Source: a virus
Direction: 5' to 3' (one strand)
Length of the DNA stretch: 64,000 bases
IMG/VR virus record: IMGVR_UViG_3300037148_000025
Location: 1 to 64,000 of that record
Below, one piece after another: positions 58,919 to 64,000 of this stretch (position 1 is its first letter; every line of letters starts with the position of its first letter). The notes under the pieces were generated by a model. That model saw only the letters and a list, made by a program, of their open reading frames with translations, did no database searches and was not told the DNA's origin. The position numbers and the translations under genes were made by a program.

Positions 58919-58991
58919 GAAAGAGTGGCTTGATCCAACAAAGGGCAAAAAGTTACCTAAGAGGGTGAAAAATGGAAAAGCAGTCAAGTAA
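58842..58991 (+). CDS. 49-aa basic protein (MPAKSKAQ...)
   Basis: AAGGAG RBS; overlaps the 3' end of the preceding ORF. Confidence 0.5.
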   Translation: MPAKSKAQIGYIMTHQKEFGGKEKVKKEWLDPTKGKKLPKRVKNGKAVK

Positions 58992-59086
58992 AGAATATTA
59001 TGGACCATGGAGCCAGATTGAAGAGTGGGCTGGTAAGTTATGGGCAGGTAATTTTTTCTTAATGAAGAAACTAGAAGGAGATCGGT

Positions 59087-59878
59087 ATGGTAACACCAGC
59101 GGTAACACCAGTAGTCGTTACGGCGACAAAGGCGGCAGTAGTCACACCAGCAGCACCAGTAGCAGCAGTGGCTAGTCAGACATGGCTTCAAAAACACACT
59201 ACACTAATTATTGTTTTTCTAGCTTTAGTCCTAGCAGTGTTTCTTGCTCAGAAATACTTTTCTTATGTTGACGGTGTGGATTCTAAAAAGCAGCAGGTTG
59301 CTCTTGCAACCCTTGCTACACAGAAGACTGCGACTGACCAAGCTTTGTCTCAGGCCGCTACAACCCTAAAGGACTATCAAACGGCATTAAATGCTGAGGT
59401 AGTGCAGAATGCACAGCTTTCGGCAGCTATTTCTAGCAGGAATAAGGTATTGGTCCAGCAGCAGGCTACAAATGCCACGCTTGCTCCGACGGCTCTTGCA
59501 ACACATTGGGCAGCGGACATTAATAAGCCTTCTACAGAAGTTGTCTCGAATATATCAGGGACAACTGTAACAGATGATGCGGCGATAGCAACTGTAAACC
59601 AACTTGATTCTGTTCCGGTTCTACAAGCAAACCTTCAATCGACACAGGCACAGGTGGACGATTTAAATGTGCAATCAGGAAAAGCATCGGCGTTAATTTT
59701 GCAAGGACAAACTGCGGTTACTGATTTAAAGACAGAGTTAGTAGATCAGACAAAATCATGCACGGCACAGGTAAATTCTCTTAAGGCTGCGGCCCGTAAG
59801 AGTCGTTTGAAAACATTTGCTTGGGGCTTTGGAACAGGGTTTGTTTCTGGATTGTTTATCGGTCTAAAAGGTCTATAG
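59087..59878 (+). CDS. Spanin-like membrane coiled-coil protein
   Basis: N-terminal TM helix, long coiled coil, C-terminal hydrophobic segment. Confidence 0.5.
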   Translation: MVTPAVTPVVVTATKAAVVTPAAPVAAVASQTWLQKHTTLIIVFLALVLAVFLAQKYFSYVDGVDSKKQQVALATLATQKTATDQALSQAATTLKDYQTALNAEVVQNAQLSAAISSRNKVLVQQQATNATLAPTALATHWAADINKPSTEVVSNISGTTVTDDAAIATVNQLDSVPVLQANLQSTQAQVDDLNVQSGKASALILQGQTAVTDLKTELVDQTKSCTAQVNSLKAAARKSRLKTFAWGFGTGFVSGLFIGLKGL

Positions 59879-59879
59879 C

Positions 59880-59908
59880 TTGACAGATAAGTAGGTCCGT
59901 GGTATAAT
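59880..59908 (+). promoter_or_regulatory. Consensus sigma70 promoter for tRNA-Ala
   Basis: TTGACA-17-TATAAT, extended TG. Confidence 0.85.
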
Positions 59909-59923
59909 GTTCTTAGTGGGAGT

Positions 59924-59999
59924 GGGAGTGTAGCTCAGTTGGGAGAGCGCAAGTTTTGCATACTTGAGGTCGCAGGTTCGATCCCTGTCACTTCCACCA
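59924..59999 (+). tRNA. tRNA-Ala(UGC)
   Basis: G3-U70 pair, loop UU-UGC-AU, CCA. Confidence 0.95.
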
Positions 60000-60384
60000 A
60001 AACTATCAGGGAGAAGTATGCATAAGCATGTTTTTGACACAAAAGTAGGTTACGAAATGCCGGGACCGCCCTATTACAAAATTCTTATATTTTGTAAGTG
60101 TGGTGTGTTTGAAACATATGATGTCGTTAGTGGAGAAAGAGGAGCATGGGAAAACCAGAAGAGAATAAGTCGGTACGCTGTACGAGGGTTAGAGACAGGG
60201 AAATTCTCGGAGACTACTACCGAGATTTAGCTAACAATTATGGTCACTATGTTCCCCATACTAAGAAGGATGGAACAGTAACTGCTCCTGCATTGCAATG
60301 GCCTTTCCATCCAGACATTTCTGAGTATGAGAATTTGTAGAATTGGTATATGATACGCGTCTTTTACCAACTGGTATTATATAC

Positions 60385-60459
60385 TTCGGGTTCGTTCAAT
60401 GGTTAGGACACCGGGCCTTGAACCCGTGAATCGGAGTTCGAGTCTCTGACCCGGAGCCA
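60385..60459 (+). tRNA. tRNA-Gln(UUG) with C33
   Basis: U1-A72, G73, loop CC-UUG-AA, CCA. Confidence 0.8.
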
Positions 60460-60481
60460 GAAAGGACAGCACGGAAGTTAA

Positions 60482-60557
60482 TCCGGGATAGCTCAATTGC
60501 TAGAGCATTCGCCCTGTAAGCGAAAGTGTGAAGGTTGAAGTCCTTTTCCCGGAGCCA
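60482..60557 (+). tRNA. Atypical tRNA, anticodon UGU (Thr), with C33
   Basis: Perfect stems; loop CC-UGU-AA; T-loop UUGAAGU; D-loop lacks GG. Confidence 0.7.
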
Positions 60558-60560
60558 AAC

Positions 60561-60635
60561 ATACTCATGGTCTAACGGCATGATGCACGTCTCCAACACG
60601 TTGAGGTTAGGGTTCGAATCCTTATGAGTATGCCA
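60561..60635 (+). tRNA. tRNA-Trp(CCA)
   Basis: Loop CU-CCA-AC, G73, CCA. Confidence 0.85.
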
Positions 60636-60688
60636 AATGAACGAACGGTTAGTAGATGATTCAAGATGCCAAATTTTAAGGAGAAATA

Positions 60689-61057
60689 ATGTTTACATAC
60701 AAACAAAGTACAGGTGAGTTGACCTTAAATAGTCAGCCATTTGGCAAAGGTTACAGTGGTATGCAGGGTGTTGGATATGATAATCCAGCAGAGCAATTCG
60801 TGAAGGATGTAGGTCCAATTCCAGAAGGTTTTTACACCATTGAAGGACCGCCTTTTAATACCACAGAACATGGTCCATTTGTCATGCGGCTAACACCAGA
60901 TGCAGCAAACGATATGGAGGGACGCAGCGGATTCCTTTGTCATGGAGATAGTGTTGTTCACCCCGGTGCGGCCAGTGAAGGTTGTGTCATTATGCCCCGC
61001 TTAGTTCGGGAGGCTATGTGGAGTTCCGGAGATCGCAGGTTACAGGTTATCGCCTAA
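60689..61057 (+). CDS. Tlde1/DUF2778 (L,D-transpeptidase-fold) protein
   Basis: GYSG...GPIP.G.Y.I...RSGF..HGD...ASEGC. Confidence 0.85.
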   Translation: MFTYKQSTGELTLNSQPFGKGYSGMQGVGYDNPAEQFVKDVGPIPEGFYTIEGPPFNTTEHGPFVMRLTPDAANDMEGRSGFLCHGDSVVHPGAASEGCVIMPRLVREAMWSSGDRRLQVIA

Positions 61058-61086
61058 CAAGTTGTCAGTAATAGTTTTGTAGAAAA

Positions 61087-61117
61087 AGCCCACTTCTAAC
61101 GGAGTGGGCTGTGTTTT
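61087..61117 (+). terminator. Terminator hairpin
   Basis: AGCCCACT/AGTGGGCT stem. Confidence 0.6.
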
Positions 61118-61140
61118 AGTCTAAAAGGGGGTATCAAAAT

Positions 61141-63006
61141 ATGAAAGAGTGGTCAAATCTTTCTAGAATAGTCTATCGCCGGACCTACAGCCGAAGGGAT
61201 TCTGGAAGTTATGAGAATTGGGAACAAACAGTTGAAAGAGCGGTTGCAGGAAATGTAAAGGGACACAATGTTCCTGAAGAAGAGATTAAAGAACTAATCA
61301 AGTATGCGAATGAGCGCAAGGCTGGACCGGCAGGAAGAGGCTATTGGTTTTCAGGAGCGCCCGCGCAGGACAGGATTGGTGGGGCAGCTTTAGTGAACTG
61401 CTGGTTCTTCACAGCAGATGATTGGAACAACTTTGTAATAGCGCAGGATTTGCTCATGTTAGGTGGTGGAGTAGGAATGAGTGTTGAGAGCCAGTTTACA
61501 AGCAAGCTTCCAAAAGTAAAGAAAGATGTTCACGTAACTCACAAGGCAACTAAGGATGCGGACTTTATTATTCCTGATTCTAGAGAAGGCTGGTGTGAAC
61601 TTACGCGCAGGGTGTTGGAGAGCTATTTTGTTACTGGAAAACCATTCACCTATTCTACGGTCTGTGTACGAGGATATGGGGAACCTATTGTGGGCTTTGG
61701 TGGTGTGGCGTCAGGTCCATTGCCTCTCGTTCGATTCGTTGAGACTTTGAGTGCCATTCTTGTTGCGCGTGGAGGAAAGCACGTTAGGCCGATAGATGCG
61801 GCAGATCTTCTTACTGCTACTGGTGAGATGGTCGTGGCAGGAAACGTTCGGCGCAGTGCAATCATTATTCTTGGGGATTGTTGGGACAAGGAGTATCTAA
61901 AGGCTAAGCGTTGGGACTTAGGATCGATACCTACTCACCGTAGCTGTGCCAACTATTCTGTGATCTGTGAAGACATTGAAGATTTGCATCCCCTGTTTTG
62001 GAAGACCTACGAGCAGGGAGAAGCTTTTGGGATCGTCAATCGGACAGCAATTCAGAAGTATGGTAGAATGGGGGAACTGAAGCCAGATTCAGCCACAGGC
62101 ACAAACCCCTGCGGGGAGGCTACCCTTGAAAATGGTGAGCCATGCAACCTCGCAGAAATTCCAATTTGTAATTTGGAATCTCAAGAGGAGTTTATCAAGG
62201 TTTCAAGGCTCATGTTGAGGTATACTAAGCGTGTGACCATGGAGAAATATCACCATGCTGTGACTCAGGCTGTCATTGAGCGTAACAGGAGGGTAGGAAT
62301 TGGAATCACCGGATGCTTGGCATCCAACCTATTCGTCCCAGAAGTTCTTGACAAAGCATATGCAGCAATTCAGGAAGAAGACCAAAAATACTCTAAAGAA
62401 TTAGGAATTCCTACTAGTAAAAGAACTACTTTATGTAAGCCATCTGGAACTATGTCAAAAGTTATGGATTGTAATGGTTATGAGGGTATACATGCTGCAT
62501 TTAGTCGATACATAGTTCAACGTATACGTGTGGCATCCAATGACCCACTGATTCCCCGCCTGAGAGCAGCCGGACATAAGATGGAGCCGGTTCTTCTGTT
62601 TGATGGAACGCTTGACCAGCAGACTCAAGTAGTAGACTTCTATGTGCAGGCTCCTAATGGCTACCCTGTAGCAGATGAAGACTGGAATACTTGGAAGCAG
62701 CTTGATACACTAAAGTTTGCTCAGAAGCATTGGGCAGACCAAGCAGTTTCTGTAACAGTCTATTATGAACGCACAGATATTCCTAAGATCAAAGAATGGC
62801 TAGCACAAAATCTCAGTTCTGTCAAGTCGATTAGTTTTCTATGCCACAGTGACCACGGATTTAAGCAGGCACCTAAAGAGGCAATCACGGCTGAGCAGTA
62901 TCAAAAGATGTCAGCTAAGATTAAGCCGATTAAATTGGATGATGTTGGGGAGGGAAGTATGATCGAAGGTCTGGAGTGTAGTGGGGGAACGTGCCCTGTT
63001 CGCTAA
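61141..63006 (+). CDS. nrdJ: Class II (B12-dependent) ribonucleotide reductase, monomeric type
   Basis: RTYSR, NCWF, GNVRRSA, TNPCGE, CNL.E, KPSGT, C-terminal C.GG.CP. Confidence 0.95.
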   Translation: MKEWSNLSRIVYRRTYSRRDSGSYENWEQTVERAVAGNVKGHNVPEEEIKELIKYANERKAGPAGRGYWFSGAPAQDRIGGAALVNCWFFTADDWNNFVIAQDLLMLGGGVGMSVESQFTSKLPKVKKDVHVTHKATKDADFIIPDSREGWCELTRRVLESYFVTGKPFTYSTVCVRGYGEPIVGFGGVASGPLPLVRFVETLSAILVARGGKHVRPIDAADLLTATGEMVVAGNVRRSAIIILGDCWDKEYLKAKRWDLGSIPTHRSCANYSVICEDIEDLHPLFWKTYEQGEAFGIVNRTAIQKYGRMGELKPDSATGTNPCGEATLENGEPCNLAEIPICNLESQEEFIKVSRLMLRYTKRVTMEKYHHAVTQAVIERNRRVGIGITGCLASNLFVPEVLDKAYAAIQEEDQKYSKELGIPTSKRTTLCKPSGTMSKVMDCNGYEGIHAAFSRYIVQRIRVASNDPLIPRLRAAGHKMEPVLLFDGTLDQQTQVVDFYVQAPNGYPVADEDWNTWKQLDTLKFAQKHWADQAVSVTVYYERTDIPKIKEWLAQNLSSVKSISFLCHSDHGFKQAPKEAITAEQYQKMSAKIKPIKLDDVGEGSMIEGLECSGGTCPVR

Positions 63007-63008
63007 AC

Positions 63009-63068
63009 AAAAAATAAAATACCCCATGTTAGAAGAATGTAACAAACTTCTGACATGGGGTATTTTTT
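63009..63068. terminator. Bidirectional terminator between convergent arms
   Basis: ~20-bp stem AAAATACCCCATGTTAGAAG/CTTCTGACATGGGGTATTTT flanked by A and T tracts. Confidence 0.85.
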
Positions 63069-63076
63069 GTGTTTAA

Positions 63077-63442
63077 TTAGTGGTTGATTATCTCTACTAC
63101 AGTTAACGAGTCTTTAAGTTGTCCGTAAACATTTGGGGAGACATTTACACACCCCATGGTCACGTTTCTTCGTTGGTCAGGGTCGCCGGAATTTAACCGT
63201 TCTTTACGATGCTGTGCTGGATTACGTAACCACAGTCTGTGAATGGCATATACCCTATCCGGTAATTCGTTGAATACCAGAATGTCTCCACCATATCCGG
63301 GAGCCTTAGTCAATTTGTGTACCACAGAGAAAACCCCAATTGGCGTTGATCTGCCTACCAGAGCCGGGTAGCAGACTTGTTGCGACTGCTGCGGGGTTTG
63401 AAAGCAAATCAGCGCCGAATAGAGTAGAATCGTGGCAAACAT
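63077..63442 (-). CDS. YkuD-like L,D-transpeptidase domain protein
   Basis: TP.G.F...YAIH...TMGCVNV. Confidence 0.75.
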   Translation of the reverse strand: MFATILLYSALICFQTPQQSQQVCYPALVGRSTPIGVFSVVHKLTKAPGYGGDILVFNELPDRVYAIHRLWLRNPAQHRKERLNSGDPDQRRNVTMGCVNVSPNVYGQLKDSLTVVEIINH

Positions 63443-63999
63443 TACTGACTAATTTTCTTGTTCTCAGTCATTGGAGCTATTGGAGTTACCGGCACTTCTG
63501 TACCCTTTTCGGGTACAGTTGACGCCGGAATGGGTACAGGAGATACAGGAGACATAGGAACTACGGGAGCCACTGTCGGAACCTGCCCAATAACTTCTGG
63601 AACCGGTACAGCAAGAGCTAAGCAATCTTCTGTAGTAAGTTTCGCTCGCTTTGCTGCGTTGGTTGAACAGAGTATCTTTGCTGCTGCTGTAAAGTTGTGC
63701 ATGAGAGCAAAGCTACGCGCTGTCTCACGAGAATCGCATCCCTTATCAATCTTTCCCCCACCAAGTGCTGCACCGAAGAAAGGTGAAGACGCACCGGCAG
63801 AAAAACTCTTGAAGCATGGAGCCGTGGGAAACGAGTCTGGAGCATAAGCTATTGGAGTTTGACGCACTTGATTGTACTCCGAAGATATTGTAGTGGAGTT
63901 ACCCGATCCAGTGCTGTTGTTTGCAGCGGAAGCTGTACCGCCATTAGCGGTTCCCCCGGTTCCCCCGGTTCCCCCTGAACCGCCCTTAGACACAGACAC
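63442..63999 (-). CDS. Hypothetical protein, 5'-truncated by the window edge
   Basis: Open frame to the window end; Gly/Thr-rich, then Cys-containing domain, then Pro-rich tail. Confidence 0.65.
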   Translation of the reverse strand: MSVSKGGSGGTGGTGGTANGGTASAANNSTGSGNSTTISSEYNQVRQTPIAYAPDSFPTAPCFKSFSAGASSPFFGAALGGGKIDKGCDSRETARSFALMHNFTAAAKILCSTNAAKRAKLTTEDCLALAVPVPEVIGQVPTVAPVVPMSPVSPVPIPASTVPEKGTEVPVTPIAPMTENKKISQ

Positions 64000-64000
64000 A

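Overview
This window is part of a large dsDNA tailed-phage genome using the standard genetic code. The host is probably an Acidobacterium, inferred from gene content only. The minus-strand arm (1-14.9 kb) holds an early-type module (DUF3150-like, DUF2997-like and DUF1257/Ycf35-like genes plus a Ycf46-like AAA ATPase), a 1.4-kb motif-rich noncoding region, RlpA, two metallophosphoesterases, a Tad2/DUF2829-like protein, 7 tRNAs, a permuted two-piece tmRNA and a family A DNA polymerase. After a divergent multi-promoter region containing an IS200/IS605 tnpB remnant, the plus-strand arm (15.2-63.0 kb) encodes a JAB protease, a CX5R phosphatase, terminase, a NUMOD3 endonuclease, portal, scaffold, and a major capsid gene split by two group I introns. 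It continues with podovirus-like tail and internal-virion genes, lysis and nucleotide-metabolism genes, 4 more tRNAs and a class II ribonucleotide reductase. Five observations stand out. (1) Both capsid introns end in A instead of the near-universal omega-G, with splice sites fixed by perfect IGS pairing, and intron 2's LAGLIDADG ORF reads through the ribozyme core and past the 3' splice site. (2) The permuted tmRNA encodes a 35-aa tag with no C-terminal AA degron. (3) The AAA ATPase has its Walker B block swapped in front of Walker A. (4) Three tRNAs carry C33 instead of U33. (5) There is an unexplained CCA-ended G-rich RNA. All family assignments come from recognising motifs by eye, not from database searches.
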